Below are positions 32,073 to 43,288 of a DNA stretch of 64,000 nt, in pieces (the first letter of the stretch is position 1; every line of letters begins with the position of its first letter). Both the position numbers and the translations under genes were made by a program. The notes under the pieces are model-generated. The model was given only the letters and a program-made list of their open reading frames with translations, searched no databases and had not been told where the DNA came from. Source of the stretch: an uncultured delta proteobacterium (GTDB taxonomy: Bacteria; Myxococcota_A; Polyangia; Polyangiales; Polyangiaceae); assembly GCA_963806225.1 (NCBI GenBank), contig CAWDXG010000004.1, positions 4,128,001-4,192,000 on the forward strand, read 5' to 3'.

Positions 32073-34094
32073 GTGAGCGACGAGACCGATCTCTACGCCC
32101 TGCTCGCGGGAGAAATCGAGCGACGGCTGCCGGCGCTGCAAGCACAGAGGCCCGACGAGAGCGAGGTGCGCGCGGCGTTCCACTCGCTGAAGGGCTCGGC
32201 CGGCATGGCGGGCTTCAACGATCTGGCGCTGGTCGTCGCACAGCTCGGCGCGCGCGTGCGCGGCGGAGACGACACGGCACGGTCCGCTGCGGCCGAGCTC
32301 CTCGGCAGGGCGCTTGTGCGCCTGCGCGCTGGCCAGAGCGCATTTCCGACAAGCTGGCCCGAACCACCGCCCATGCTCGGCGCGGCCAGCATCGAGCCGG
32401 ACTTCCGCGCCGAATACCTGGCAGCGATGCGGGATCGGCTAGGCGAGATCGACGGCGCGCTCGCCAGCGACGACGCGCCGAAGCTGGCGGTCGAGCGCGC
32501 CTATCGCAGCGTCCACGGCATGAAGGGCGCGGCCGGCGCCGTCGGCGACGACGCGACGGCGTGGTATTGCCACGGCCTGGAAGCGCGATTGAAGAGGGTG
32601 CTCGCGGGGGAGCAGGCGCCCGACGACGCGCTGGTGGACCTGGCGCGGCACCGGGCCATCATCGCGCTCCTACTCGAACAACCCGTCCGCGCGCTCGCCA
32701 CGCTCAGAACCCTGGCTGGCCGACAGGCGATGCCCGACAAGCCGCCGTCGAGCCGCCCTCCTTCGAGCCGCGCTCCCGGGAGCCCTCCACCGACCCGCCC
32801 TCCACCGGACGACGATGAAGAGGAAGCGGAGGAGCTCCTGCACGTTCCGTCGAGTACCGCGGATCGCTTCCTCGAGCGGCTGGAGCGGATTGATCTCGTG
32901 CAGGACGAGCTCAGCGGGACCGCCGAGTCGGTGCGGCAGATCGCAGCCCGCCTGCGCGACCTCCGGGCCAGCCTGCTGGAAGCGCTCAGGCTCATCGGTC
33001 CGCCCCGACCCTGGGGCGCGCCGGCCGCAGCGCTCGCGCACATCGACAACGCCGCTCACACGCTGGGCGCCGCCGCAGACAGCGCCGATCGCAGCGGCAT
33101 GGTCTGCCGCCGCAATGCCGAGGTGCTGCACAGCCGCACCACCGAGATGCGCGCCACGGTCTCGACCCTGCGACGCACGACGGTGCGCTGGCTTTTCGAC
33201 CGGGTCAGCCACGGGATCGAGCGGCTGGCAGCGCGCGAGGGACATCTGGTCGAGATCCACACCAGCGGCGCCAACCTGCCCATCGACCGCAGAGTCGCCC
33301 AGCGTCTGCTCGACCCGATGATGCAGCTCGCGCGCAACGCCGTCGCGCACGGCATCGAGTCCCCCGAAGACCGCGCACGGAGCGGGAAAGCCAAGATCGG
33401 CAACGTCACGCTGCACGCGGAACGCATCGGCGACTGGGTCAGGATCGTCGTCAGCGACGACGGCCGCGGCGTGGACGTGGAGCGCATCCGCAAGCTTGCC
33501 GTGGAGTCGGGTGCGATCACCCGGGAAGCAGCAGGCAGCGCTCACGAGGACGAGTTGCTCGCGATGCTCTTCCTGCCCGGCTTGACCACACGCGACGCGG
33601 CCGATCTGCTGGCGGGACGCGGCGTCGGACTGGACCTGGCCAAGGACACGATCCGGCGCCTGGGCGGGGCCATTCGTCTGGCGGGACGCGCGGGCGGAGG
33701 GCTTGCGGCGACGATTGAAGTGCCGAGCGAGCGCGGAATGGTGGAAGTGCTGTGGCTGGAGGCGGGCGATCTGCGCTTCGCCCTGCCCGTGGGCTTCACC
33801 GGGCGGCTGGCGCCCGCGAGCGCGGCTCGCAACGTGCCTCTCCCGGCGTGCCTGGGCTTGCCGGACAAAGGGCCGCCAAAGCTTGCGCTGGAGCTCCAGA
33901 TCCGCGGCGTGCAACCGATTTCGATCGGCATCGACCAAGCGTACGACATCGAGGAAGTCAGCGTGCGACCGGTACCGCCGCTGATCGCGGCTGCGGGACC
34001 GTACAGCGGTGCGATCCTGCGCGGCGACGGCTCGCTCAGGCTCGCGCTCGATGCAGCGCTCCTGGCGGCGCGTGCCTGGTCGCTCGTCTCCTGA
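32073..34094 (+). CDS. CheA-like histidine kinase with two Hpt domains
   Basis: FHSLKGSAG and VHGMKGAAG; RNAVAHGIE, SDDGRG and GRGVGLD; C-terminal CheW-like domain. Confidence 0.88.
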   Translation: MSDETDLYALLAGEIERRLPALQAQRPDESEVRAAFHSLKGSAGMAGFNDLALVVAQLGARVRGGDDTARSAAAELLGRALVRLRAGQSAFPTSWPEPPPMLGAASIEPDFRAEYLAAMRDRLGEIDGALASDDAPKLAVERAYRSVHGMKGAAGAVGDDATAWYCHGLEARLKRVLAGEQAPDDALVDLARHRAIIALLLEQPVRALATLRTLAGRQAMPDKPPSSRPPSSRAPGSPPPTRPPPDDDEEEAEELLHVPSSTADRFLERLERIDLVQDELSGTAESVRQIAARLRDLRASLLEALRLIGPPRPWGAPAAALAHIDNAAHTLGAAADSADRSGMVCRRNAEVLHSRTTEMRATVSTLRRTTVRWLFDRVSHGIERLAAREGHLVEIHTSGANLPIDRRVAQRLLDPMMQLARNAVAHGIESPEDRARSGKAKIGNVTLHAERIGDWVRIVVSDDGRGVDVERIRKLAVESGAITREAAGSAHEDELLAMLFLPGLTTRDAADLLAGRGVGLDLAKDTIRRLGGAIRLAGRAGGGLAATIEVPSERGMVEVLWLEAGDLRFALPVGFTGRLAPASAARNVPLPACLGLPDKGPPKLALELQIRGVQPISIGIDQAYDIEEVSVRPVPPLIAAAGPYSGAILRGDGSLRLALDAALLAARAWSLVS

Positions 34095-34169
34095 TCAGCG
34101 AAAAGGCGCCGTACCTCGAAAGCGCTTGCAGCCCCGCTTGCGCGCGATAGCCTTCCAGGCCCAGCGTCG

Positions 34170-34658
34170 ATGCTCATCGGCCCGATGCTCCCGAGCGACC
34201 GGAAAGCGGTCGAATCCATCGCGCGGCTGTCCGCCGTGGAGCTGGACGTCCAGGCGGAGCTCCAGCGTCGCTGGGCGCGCATCTGGATCGGACGGCTCGC
34301 ACCGAAGGACTCCGCGGCGGGCTTCCTGCTGGCGTGGTCGGTCGCCGACGAGTTGCACGTGATCAACGTCGCCACCCACCCCGAACGCCGCCGCCGCGGC
34401 GTCGCCAACGCCCTGATGACGGAGCTCATCCAGACCGCGCTCGAGGAACGACGGAGCCGGGTGCTGCTGGAGGTGCGGCGCTCGAACCGCGCGGCCATCA
34501 GGCTGTACCGGGCGCATGGTTTCTCCGCGATCGGGGTCCGGCGCGCCTACTACCCGGACAACTCGGAGGACGCGATCGAGATGATGCTGTCTATCGACCC
34601 GGAAACGGGCAGCGTGCTCCCGGCGCAGGACGAGATCGTGCTAAACGACCCCTCCTGA
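34170..34658 (+). CDS. rimI: Ribosomal protein S18 alanine N-acetyltransferase
   Basis: DELHVINVATHPERRRRG, LLEVRRSN and RRAYY...EDA. Confidence 0.88.
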   Translation: MLIGPMLPSDRKAVESIARLSAVELDVQAELQRRWARIWIGRLAPKDSAAGFLLAWSVADELHVINVATHPERRRRGVANALMTELIQTALEERRSRVLLEVRRSNRAAIRLYRAHGFSAIGVRRAYYPDNSEDAIEMMLSIDPETGSVLPAQDEIVLNDPS

Positions 34659-34668
34659 GGACTCCAGC

Positions 34669-35514
34669 GTGGCACCCAGCCCCGAACCCCGACCGCTCGC
34701 GCCGCGACGTCCGATCACCGCGCCGCTTCTCCGGCGCGAGAGCATCGGCGACGCGTATCACGTGCTCACGTTCGACGTGCCGGAGGGCGTGGACGCACAA
34801 GCCGGACAGTTCGCGATGGTGCGCGGCGCGGAATGGGGCGATTCTCCGCTTCTGCCACGGCCGATGAGCTACCTGACCGCCGGCGCGACGCCGTCGATCC
34901 TGATCAAGGTCGTGGGCGAGGGGACGATCCGCATGGCGCGCGCCGAGCCCGGCGAGCCGTTCTCGCTGCTCGGCCCGCTCGGCAACTGCTGGCGCGCACC
35001 CACACCGGGAAAGCGGCAGTTGCTCGTCGCGGGCGGCGTAGGCGTGGCACCGCTCTTGTTCCTGGCGCGTGAGCTGGGCCGCGGCGACAAGCGGCCGATC
35101 TGCCTGTACGGCGGCCGCAGCGGCCGCGATCTACCGCTCGACGACGAGCTGGGCGAAGTGAGCGAGCTTTCGCTATCGACCGAGGACGGATCGCGCGGCA
35201 CCCGTGGCAGAGTCACCGACCTCATGGAGCGGGTGCTCGAAGACGACATGGAAGTGTTCACGTGCGGCCCCGATCGCATGATGGCTGCCGTCGCTGCGAT
35301 ATGCGCGAAGCGCAACGTCCCCTGCGAGGTCTCGCTGGAGACGCCCATGGCGTGCGGCTACGGCGTCTGCCTGGGTTGCCCGGTGCCCGTGGAGGGCGGC
35401 GGCTACCTGTACGCCTGCACGCAGGGTCCGTGCGTGGACGCCCGGCGCGTGGACTGGAGCTCGGCCGATCACGCTCCCCGCGGAGCATTCACCGCCGGCA
35501 GGCGCTCGTCATGA
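34669..35514 (+). CDS. pyrK: Dihydroorotate dehydrogenase electron-transfer subunit
   Basis: RPMS, GPLGN, AGGVGVAP and MACGYGVCLGC. Confidence 0.92.
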   Translation: MAPSPEPRPLAPRRPITAPLLRRESIGDAYHVLTFDVPEGVDAQAGQFAMVRGAEWGDSPLLPRPMSYLTAGATPSILIKVVGEGTIRMARAEPGEPFSLLGPLGNCWRAPTPGKRQLLVAGGVGVAPLLFLARELGRGDKRPICLYGGRSGRDLPLDDELGEVSELSLSTEDGSRGTRGRVTDLMERVLEDDMEVFTCGPDRMMAAVAAICAKRNVPCEVSLETPMACGYGVCLGCPVPVEGGGYLYACTQGPCVDARRVDWSSADHAPRGAFTAGRRSS

Positions 35515-36422
35515 CCTCCCAGGCTGTACGCATCGGCTCGCTGGAGCTGGACAATCCCGTGCTCACCGCCTCGGGCACCTTCGGCTACGGGCTGGAGTAC
35601 GACGACTTCTTCGACGTGGCGCTGCTCGGCGGCATCTGCACCAAGGGGCTCAGCCTGCACCCGCGGCCCGGCAATCCGCCGGAGCGCATCTGCGAGACGC
35701 CGGCCGGCATGCTCAACGCGATCGGCCTGGCGAACGTCGGCGTCGAGAACTTCTGCAGCGAGAAACTGCCGATACTCCGCGAGCGCGGAGTCACGGTCGT
35801 CGCCAACATCTTCGCGAGCACGGTCGACGATTTCGTGCGCATCACCGAACGGCTGGACAGCGAAGAGGGCGTGCACGCCATCGAGCTCAACGTGTCCTGC
35901 CCGAACGTGACCCACGGCGGCATCGAGTTCGGGCGCGACCCGAAGCTGGCCTCGCAGGTTACGGCCGCCGTGCGCGCCGCAACGAAGCGACCCGTGTGGG
36001 TCAAGATGAGCCCGGAAGCGGGCGACATCGCCGAGGTGGCGCGGGCCTGCGAAAGCGCCGGCGCCGATGCGCTCACCGCGATCAACACCATCCGCGGCAT
36101 GTCGATCGACACCGCGAGCATGAGGCCGCGACTTGCGAACCGCACCGGCGGCTTCAGCGGACCGGGCCTGAGACCCATCGCGCTGCGCATCGTGTGGGAT
36201 CTGGTGGAGGCCGTGTCGATCCCGATTATCGGGATCGGCGGCATCTCCACGGCCCGCGACGCCCTGGAGTTCCTGCTCGCGGGCGCCAGCGCCGTGCAGG
36301 TCGGCACCGCGAGCTTCTCCGACCCCTGCGCCGCGCTGAAAGTCGCCGACGGGATCCGCGAATACTGCCGGCAGCAGGAGCTGTCCGTCAGCGACGTGAT
36401 CGGGCGCGCGCACCCCAGGTAG
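35511..36422 (+). CDS. pyrD: Dihydroorotate dehydrogenase class 1B, catalytic subunit
   Basis: NPVLTASGTFGYG, MLNAIGL, ELNVSCPN and AINT. Confidence 0.95.
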   Translation: MTSQAVRIGSLELDNPVLTASGTFGYGLEYDDFFDVALLGGICTKGLSLHPRPGNPPERICETPAGMLNAIGLANVGVENFCSEKLPILRERGVTVVANIFASTVDDFVRITERLDSEEGVHAIELNVSCPNVTHGGIEFGRDPKLASQVTAAVRAATKRPVWVKMSPEAGDIAEVARACESAGADALTAINTIRGMSIDTASMRPRLANRTGGFSGPGLRPIALRIVWDLVEAVSIPIIGIGGISTARDALEFLLAGASAVQVGTASFSDPCAALKVADGIREYCRQQELSVSDVIGRAHPR

Positions 36423-36424
36423 GC

Positions 36425-36452
36425 CTCCCGGGCGGGCAATCCGGGGGTTTTT
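36425..36452 (+). terminator. Possible intrinsic terminator after pyrD
   Basis: ctcccgg...ccggggg stem followed by TTTTT. Confidence 0.4.
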
Positions 36453-36536
36453 GCGCCGGGCCGAGCACGAAATCGGGCTCGTCGTGCTAGATCGGTGGCT
36501 TGGTCGTTCCCGGGGGGACGGCCCCTGAACCCGACG

Positions 36537-37301
36537 ATGGACGTTCCGCACCGCCCGAAACACCCGCGAGTTCCACGACAGCGCCAGATCGAGCTCCTGT
36601 CAGCCGTGATCGAACGCGTCAGCGAGGAGGCGGATCGCTATCCGCAGCTCGTCGTCTTCGATCTCGACGGAACCCTGCTCGACAACCGCCCGCGCAGCGT
36701 AGCCATCATGCACGAGCTGGCGGCCAAGTGGGAGACCGACAATCCCGAGGAAGCGGAGCTGCTGCGCGAGGCAGATGCCGAGACGCTGGCCTACCTGTTC
36801 GAGGACAACCTACGAGCGCTGGGGGTGCGCGACTCGCGGCTGCTCGACGAAGCCCTGACGTTCTGGAAGGACCGCTTCTTCACGGACGACTTCCTGCTGC
36901 ATGACCAGCCCGTGGACGGCGCGGTGAAGTACGCCGTTCAATGCTGGGAGGCCGGCGCGACGCTCGTGTACTTCACGGGACGCGACCTGCCCAACATGGC
37001 GCTGGGCAGCCTGGCCAGCCTGCGCGACCTCGGCTTTCCTATCGGTGTGCCGGGGACCCAGCTCGTGCTCAAGCCGGATGCGCAGCTGGGCGACGACGAA
37101 TTCAAGCGCGACTACATGCCGGCTCTGCGGCGCAGCGGCCATCTGGTTGCCGCGTTCGACAACGAGCCGGGCAACTGCAACATCTTCAAGAGCGTGTTTC
37201 CGGATGTCGAGTCCTTCCTCGTCGACACCCAGCACCTGCCCGGCGCTCCCGAGCTCCGTCCCGACGTCCACGTGATCGAAGATCTTTCACTTTCCGGATG
37301 A
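36537..37301 (+). CDS. HAD-superfamily phosphatase
   Basis: VVFDLDGT, FTGR, LKP and FDNE motifs. Confidence 0.82.
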   Translation: MDVPHRPKHPRVPRQRQIELLSAVIERVSEEADRYPQLVVFDLDGTLLDNRPRSVAIMHELAAKWETDNPEEAELLREADAETLAYLFEDNLRALGVRDSRLLDEALTFWKDRFFTDDFLLHDQPVDGAVKYAVQCWEAGATLVYFTGRDLPNMALGSLASLRDLGFPIGVPGTQLVLKPDAQLGDDEFKRDYMPALRRSGHLVAAFDNEPGNCNIFKSVFPDVESFLVDTQHLPGAPELRPDVHVIEDLSLSG

Positions 37302-38639
37302 CACCGCACCGCCGAAAGCCGAGAAGAACCGCCGGGCTGGTGCTGGCCCTGCTGCCGGCGTTCATCTCGCTCGGTTGCCGGTCACACAAGAAAGCGCCAG
37401 CGCAGAAGGACACGCCCAACGAGCCCAGCCCGAACGCCAGCATCCTTCCGGCTCCCCTGGCGTCGGGCGCCGAGCTGGTCACGAAGGCCCACGCCGCCGC
37501 TCTGGACGGCGGAAGGGTGGGCATTCCCGCGGATTCCGCTGGCCGGCTGATCCTGCCGGACGCGGGACCTCCGCCACCGCGCGCGTTCCGCGGCGACCAG
37601 GCGTTGCCGCGCGACACGCTCACACAGCGCGACGGAATCGGCGCGACGCTGCAGGCCGAGTGGAAGTGGTTCGAAACGCCGGCGCCCGCTGCGGTCCCCG
37701 AGCTGGACAAGGACGGCGAGAAGCGCGCCCGGGACAAGACCGCGCTGACCGTCACCATCGATCTCGCGCTGGCCGGGCGCATGCGCTTCGCGTTCGACTC
37801 GGTGACATTTCCACTTCCCGTCCACAGCGAGCTGCGTGCCCGCCGCGACCACTACGGCAACGTGCTGGTGTGGCCCAACGGGCAGGCCTACCGGGTGCTC
37901 GAGCCGGGAGCGCTGCGCGCCATGTTCGCCGAGCGGCGCGCGGATGTGGTGCCGCTGGTCGCCGGCAAGCTGAAACACCGGGGCAAGGGCAAGCTGCTGG
38001 GCCTCGACACGGAAAAGCTCCAGCTGACGAGCCCCACCGGCAAGCTCCTGCTCGAGCAGGCGCGTGTGCCCGGTACGGGATCGGGCGGCGAGCTCCTGTG
38101 TCGATTGCTCGTGGAGCTGGTCGCGATCCAGCCGGCCTCCAGCGCGTGCCGGCCGGAGACGGTGCCGTTGTCCGCGGACTTCACCTGGCCCGACGGGGGT
38201 CGGCTGGGCTTCGCGGTCAGCTCGCTCACGCGGCGGCAGGATCTGCCCATCGGCGGGATCTTCGTTCCACCCGTCGGCGCCCTGTTCAAGCCCGGGGAGC
38301 TGCCGCCCCAGTCCTCCGGCGTGCTGCTGACGAAGAGCGACCTCACCGCGCTCCGCACCGGGGCGGCCAAGAGCCCCCACCCGGAAAAGGGCGCACCGGG
38401 CGAAGGACTCATGGCGGTCAACCACACCGACACGCTGCGCTACGTGCTGCTCGACGGTATTCCGATCGCATGGGTACGGCCGCGCTCGCAGCAGTACGTC
38501 ATCGGGCCTCCCGCCGGCCACTACAGCGTCGGCTGGCGCGACTTCCTCGGCACGGAGATTCGAGCCGCCACGGTCCATCGACCTGCCAGCCCGCGTCGAG
38601 CTCGGCGGACAGCCCGACGCCGGCACGGGCAGGAAGTAG
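37298..38639 (+). CDS. Hypothetical lipoprotein, probable +1 frameshift near the 3' end (38575-38576)
   Basis: Lipobox ISLGC; ATGA overlap; removing one C gives ...VIDLPARVELGG...RK* ending just before the convergent gene. Confidence 0.6.
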
Positions 38640-38643
38640 CGCG

Positions 38644-39258
38644 TCACCCCAGCCGCTGCGGCTGCTCGGCGTAGTCGTCCTCGTCGAACTGCACGCCAGC
38701 CTGGCCACCTTCGAGCATCTGGGCTCTGAGCGCATCGGCGGCTATCTCGATGACCTCGAGCCGGGTCGAGAGCAGGAAGTACTCCTCTTCGCGGACAGGT
38801 GGCAGTTCGGCAACGCGCCGATCCACCACCTCGCGCTCCTCGGGCGCCAGCTTCAACTGCGACGACGGTCCATCGTGCTCGCTCCTCCTGTGGATGGCGT
38901 CGTACGCCACACCGATCGGATTGAGGGATAGGAACACGGGCCGCGCGCACAGCCGCCACTCGTGGGCATCGACCGAGGGGATGCTCCAGAAACCGGGAAC
39001 CAGCCTTCGCACCACCTCGCCGAAGTAGGCGCCGACCGCCCGCGCCACCAGCGGCAGCAGCTCCGGACGCTCGCTCATGCTGTCGCGCACCAGGTCGAGG
39101 TAGTGGTCGACCAGTGGCAGCGTCTCGGGGCAATAGTCTGGAAGGAGCCCAGTCGCCCGCTGGACGTACTGGCGGCAGGCCTCCGAAAGCTCCGCGATCC
39201 CCGGGGGCGGCGCCTCCGGATCGATGCCTTCTTCCTTGTCGGGCTCGTCCCCGGTCAC
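38644..39258 (-). CDS. Hypothetical protein
   Basis: 204-aa ORF with globular composition (VGAYFGEVVRR). Confidence 0.65.
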   Translation of the reverse strand: MTGDEPDKEEGIDPEAPPPGIAELSEACRQYVQRATGLLPDYCPETLPLVDHYLDLVRDSMSERPELLPLVARAVGAYFGEVVRRLVPGFWSIPSVDAHEWRLCARPVFLSLNPIGVAYDAIHRRSEHDGPSSQLKLAPEEREVVDRRVAELPPVREEEYFLLSTRLEVIEIAADALRAQMLEGGQAGVQFDEDDYAEQPQRLG

Positions 39259-39423
39259 GCCCGGAGCCTAGTACGGCACGCCGGTCGGTGCCTCATCCCC
39301 CAGGTTACCCCTGCTTTTCGGCTGCGCCGCTGCCGTCCGCGAGGGCGGGGGGCACAAAACCACCGTCCGTAGATCACGTTCCGTCACTTCGCCCGAGGCC
39401 GTGTTATTGTTCGCAGTCTCCAG

Positions 39424-40161
39424 ATGCGCCTCGGGATCCTGAGCGATATCCACGCCAACTACGAAGCATTGAGCGCTGTGCTCGAGGCGTACAAGGCGGA
39501 AGATGTCGACGAGTACTTCTGCCTCGGCGACACGGTCGGCTATGGCGGCTCGCCGAACGAATGCGCCAACCTGATCCGCGAGCGGACCAAGGCGTGCATC
39601 CTCGGCAACCACGACGCCGCGGTGGCCGGGCGCATGGACTACTCGTACTATTATGAAGCGGCGCGGCACGCGCTCGATACCCACGCACAGCTGCTCTCGA
39701 CCGAGAACATGCAGTGGCTCCGGAGCCTGCCGTACCAGGTCGAGCTCGATGAACACGCGCTGAACCTGTGCCACGGGTCGCCGGTGCGGCTGGAAGAGTT
39801 CGAATATATCTTCGCTCCGGAGCAGGCGCGGGAATGCCTCCCCATCTATGACCAGCTCGGCCACCTGACGCTGATCGGCCACTCGCATCTGTGCAAGGTG
39901 TTCGCACTGACGCCGACCACGGTCGAGGAGCTGCCGCCGGTGGACTTCGAGCTCGCCCCCGACCGCAAGTACATCTGCAGCGTGGGCTCGGTCGGGCAGC
40001 CGCGCGACTACGACAACCGCGCCAGCTACACGGTCTTCGACACGGAGAACAAGACGTTCGAGTTCAAACGCGTCGAGTACGACATCGAAACGGCCGCCGA
40101 CAAGGTGCTGCGCGCCAAGCTCGAGCGTAACTTCGCCCACCGCCTGTTTATCGGGGTGTGA
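39424..40161 (+). CDS. Metallophosphoesterase
   Basis: SDIHAN, LGDTVGYG, GNHD, HGSP, GHSH and GSVGQPRD. Confidence 0.92.
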   Translation: MRLGILSDIHANYEALSAVLEAYKAEDVDEYFCLGDTVGYGGSPNECANLIRERTKACILGNHDAAVAGRMDYSYYYEAARHALDTHAQLLSTENMQWLRSLPYQVELDEHALNLCHGSPVRLEEFEYIFAPEQARECLPIYDQLGHLTLIGHSHLCKVFALTPTTVEELPPVDFELAPDRKYICSVGSVGQPRDYDNRASYTVFDTENKTFEFKRVEYDIETAADKVLRAKLERNFAHRLFIGV

Positions 40162-40241
40162 TCGCTCGCGGCGGGGGCAGGGGCGCTCGCCTCGGGCGGG
40201 GACCCCACCGCGCTCCGCGCGGCCCCGCTTCGGCTGGTTGG

Positions 40242-41783
40242 CTAGACGTTGATGGTCCAGTCGGTGCCGTCGGGCGTGTCTTTTAGACTGATGCCGAGGG
40301 CAGCGAGCTCGTCGCGCAGCTCGTCGGAGCGGGCAAAGTCCTTGGCCTTGCGGGCTTCGGTGCGCGCCCGGACCTTCGCGTCGATGTCCTCGACCGTGAG
40401 CCCGCGGAGCGCGAGGCGGCGGGCGCGCGTGCGCTCGGCGTAGTCGTCGGGTTCGGCCTGGAGCAGCCCCAGCTCGTCGGCGAGCTTGTCGATGTCGCTC
40501 TGGATGCTGCGCGCGGCCACCGCGGCGGCGCCGACGAACGCCGCGTCCTTGCGCCGCTTGTGGGCCAGGTCACAGAGCTCGTTGCCGAGCCGGGCCATCT
40601 CGCCCAGCGAGGCCAGCGCAACCGGCGTGTTCAAATCGTCGTCGAGACCGGCACGGCCCGCTTCCGCCGCTTCGCGCACGGCGTCGCGCAGCTTCGCCGC
40701 TTCGGGCGGCAGCTTCGATGGCGCCGTGACGCCGCGCGCGACCAGCTCCTCCAGCCGCGCGTGGGTCGCGTACATGTAGTCCACGCGCCGCTCGGCCTCG
40801 TCCACACCGGGGAAGATCACCCGCCCGCTCTCGAGCTTCTCAGTGTCGAACTGCACCGGGCCCCGGTAGTGCACTCCCAGAAGGAACCAGCGAAAGCCTT
40901 CCGGGTCGTTGCAATCGAGCACGTCCTGCACGGTCACGAAGTTGCCGAGCGACTTGCTCATCTTCTCCTTGTCGATGCTGACGAAGCCGTTGTGCATCCA
41001 GCAGTGCGCCATGGGCCCCCGCTCCGGCGCCGCTGCCTCGCTCTGGGCAATCTCGTTCTCGTGGTGCGGGAAGATCAGATCCATGCCGCCTGCGTGGATG
41101 TCGAAGCCGTGCCCGAGATAGTGCGTGCTCATCGCCGAGCATTCGATGTGCCACCCAGGACGGCCGCGACCCCACGGGCTGTCCCAGCCCCACTCCTCCT
41201 CCTTCGCGCCTTTCCACAGGGCAAAATCGAGCGGATCGCGCTTGCTCTCGTCCTTTTCCACGCGCGCGCCGACCATCAGCTCGTCGATCTTGCGGCGCGA
41301 CAGCTTGCCGTAACCAGGGAAGCTCCGCACCGAGAAGTACACGTCCTTGGTGCCGCCCGGCATCTCCACGGCGTACGCGCTGCCGTGTTCGACCAGAGCA
41401 GTGATGAGCTTGAAGATCTGTTCGAGATGCTCGCTGACCCGGGGCTCCTGATCCGGATCGAGGCAGCCGCACAGTCGCATCTGCTCCTGGTAGACCGCGG
41501 CCATGCGCTTCGACAGCTCGAGCGGCGGCTCGCCGTTGTCCTTGGCACGAGCGAGGATCTTGTCGTCCACGTCCGTGAGGTTCCGGACGTAGGTCACCTC
41601 GAAGCCGAGGGCGCGGAGATGACGGACCAGGATGTCCGGGGCCAGCGCCGCGCGCGCGTGCCCTGCGTGCGGGACGTCGTAGACGGTCGGGCCGCAGCAG
41701 TAGATGCGGGCCTTGCCGGGTTCAACCGGCTCGAACGGTTCCGTGGCGCGCGTGAGTGTGTTGTAGAGCCGAAGCGGGGGCAT
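40242..41783 (-). CDS. cysS: Cysteine--tRNA ligase
   Basis: [29 protein letters not shown] and KMSKS. Confidence 0.97.
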   Translation of the reverse strand: MPPLRLYNTLTRATEPFEPVEPGKARIYCCGPTVYDVPHAGHARAALAPDILVRHLRALGFEVTYVRNLTDVDDKILARAKDNGEPPLELSKRMAAVYQEQMRLCGCLDPDQEPRVSEHLEQIFKLITALVEHGSAYAVEMPGGTKDVYFSVRSFPGYGKLSRRKIDELMVGARVEKDESKRDPLDFALWKGAKEEEWGWDSPWGRGRPGWHIECSAMSTHYLGHGFDIHAGGMDLIFPHHENEIAQSEAAAPERGPMAHCWMHNGFVSIDKEKMSKSLGNFVTVQDVLDCNDPEGFRWFLLGVHYRGPVQFDTEKLESGRVIFPGVDEAERRVDYMYATHARLEELVARGVTAPSKLPPEAAKLRDAVREAAEAGRAGLDDDLNTPVALASLGEMARLGNELCDLAHKRRKDAAFVGAAAVAARSIQSDIDKLADELGLLQAEPDDYAERTRARRLALRGLTVEDIDAKVRARTEARKAKDFARSDELRDELAALGISLKDTPDGTDWTINV

Positions 41784-41831
41784 ACTCAAACCGTTGAATT
41801 TATTGGAGTCTATCGTGGAGCTGCAAGGGCT

Positions 41832-42641
41832 TCAGTTCCAGCGGTCCGGCGGCAACCAGGGGTCACGGTGCTGTCCGGGCTCGTGGAAGCGGCTGCCCGG
41901 CCCGCCCCAGCCACCTCCGGGCGGGGGCGGACGGGGGGGTGGTCGCCAACCCTCCCAGCGCCGGGGCTCCACCCGCGCCCGACCGAGCATCCAGGCCCGG
42001 ATGGTCACCAGGCCAGTGATGAAACCGCCGAGGTGGGCGAAAAACGCCACGCCGCCACCCTCCCCGCCGCCGCCCAGCGCGCTGAGCCCGCCCCAGAGGT
42101 TCAGCAGGAAGAACTCGCCGACAACCAGCCACGCTGGAAACTCGAGAAACAACCCGAACACGAACCAGAGCGGGAAGATCGGATTGACGACCGTGACGGG
42201 CGCGCGCGGAAACAGCACCAGATACGCCCCCAGCACGCCTGCGATGGCGCCCGACGCGCCCACCATCGGAATGTGGCTCCCGGGATCGATGGCCATCTGG
42301 GCCAGCGCCGCGGCGAGGCCGCCCGCGAGATAGAAAAGCAGGTACCGATAGTGCCCGACCGCATCCTCGATGTTGTCCCCGAAGATGTACAGAAACAGCA
42401 TGTTGAACCCGATGTGGGCCCAACCGCCGTGCATGAACATGCTCGTCAGGATCGTGAACGCCTCGCCGCTGGGGTCCGCCACCAGCCGGGCAGGCACCAT
42501 CCCGTAGCCCGGGATGACCCAGGACGCGCCGGCCTGGATCAGCGCGTACTCCCAGAGCCACACCAGGACGTTGGCCGCGATCAGCGCGTAGTTCACATAC
42601 GGCGTCGTCCGCGTCGGATTGATGTCACGGATCGGAATCAT
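41832..42641 (-). CDS. Rhomboid intramembrane serine protease
   Basis: HIGFNM, GASGAI and AHLGGF. Confidence 0.92.
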   Translation of the reverse strand: MIPIRDINPTRTTPYVNYALIAANVLVWLWEYALIQAGASWVIPGYGMVPARLVADPSGEAFTILTSMFMHGGWAHIGFNMLFLYIFGDNIEDAVGHYRYLLFYLAGGLAAALAQMAIDPGSHIPMVGASGAIAGVLGAYLVLFPRAPVTVVNPIFPLWFVFGLFLEFPAWLVVGEFFLLNLWGGLSALGGGGEGGGVAFFAHLGGFITGLVTIRAWMLGRARVEPRRWEGWRPPPRPPPPGGGWGGPGSRFHEPGQHRDPWLPPDRWN

Positions 42642-42765
42642 CGAGCCAGGCCGGTAGGGTAATGCCTGCCGGCCCGAGCGGCGACCGGAAGGTGTTGCTT
42701 TCCGGCGGGTCCCGGGGGCCGGTTTTCCCCTGCGCCTGGCGTGCTAGCGTCCGTGCGACGAAGCC

Positions 42766-43284
42766 ATGACCGTCTGGAAATCCGCGACCGCTGCTCTGGC
42801 TCTGCTGGTCGGGGCTCTCCTGCTGCTGCCGGGGTGCGGCGGGGCGAGCTTCAACGGCCAGAAGTTCCAGGGCAACGGCATGGCATTCAGGGTCGGCCCC
42901 GTGCCCCCGGGCTGGCGCCGGATCAACGTCGGTCATGCGCTGGTCGCGTTCCGCGACGACGACGCCGAGGCCACGATCGCGCTCAATGGGCGCTGCAACA
43001 AGGACGGCGACGATGTCCCACTCTCGGCGCTGACGCACCACCTGTTCCTGATGTTCACCCACCGCAACATCATCAACCAGCGCACGTTGCCCATGGACGG
43101 CCGCCGCGCCATGCGCACCGAGCTCGTGGCAGAGCTGGACGGCGTCCCAAAGCGCTTCATTGTCTACGTGCTCAAGAAGGACAGCTGCGTCTACGACTTC
43201 ATCCACATCGCTGCGGTCAATGCGCCGGAATCGAGCACCACCGCCTTCGAACGCTTCGTCAAGGGCTTTGCCACGTCGAGCTGA
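42766..43284 (+). CDS. Hypothetical lipoprotein (possibly PsbP/Mog1-like fold)
   Basis: Lipobox LPGC; fold guess tentative. Confidence 0.65.
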   Translation: MTVWKSATAALALLVGALLLLPGCGGASFNGQKFQGNGMAFRVGPVPPGWRRINVGHALVAFRDDDAEATIALNGRCNKDGDDVPLSALTHHLFLMFTHRNIINQRTLPMDGRRAMRTELVAELDGVPKRFIVYVLKKDSCVYDFIHIAAVNAPESSTTAFERFVKGFATSS

Positions 43285-43288
43285 CGAG

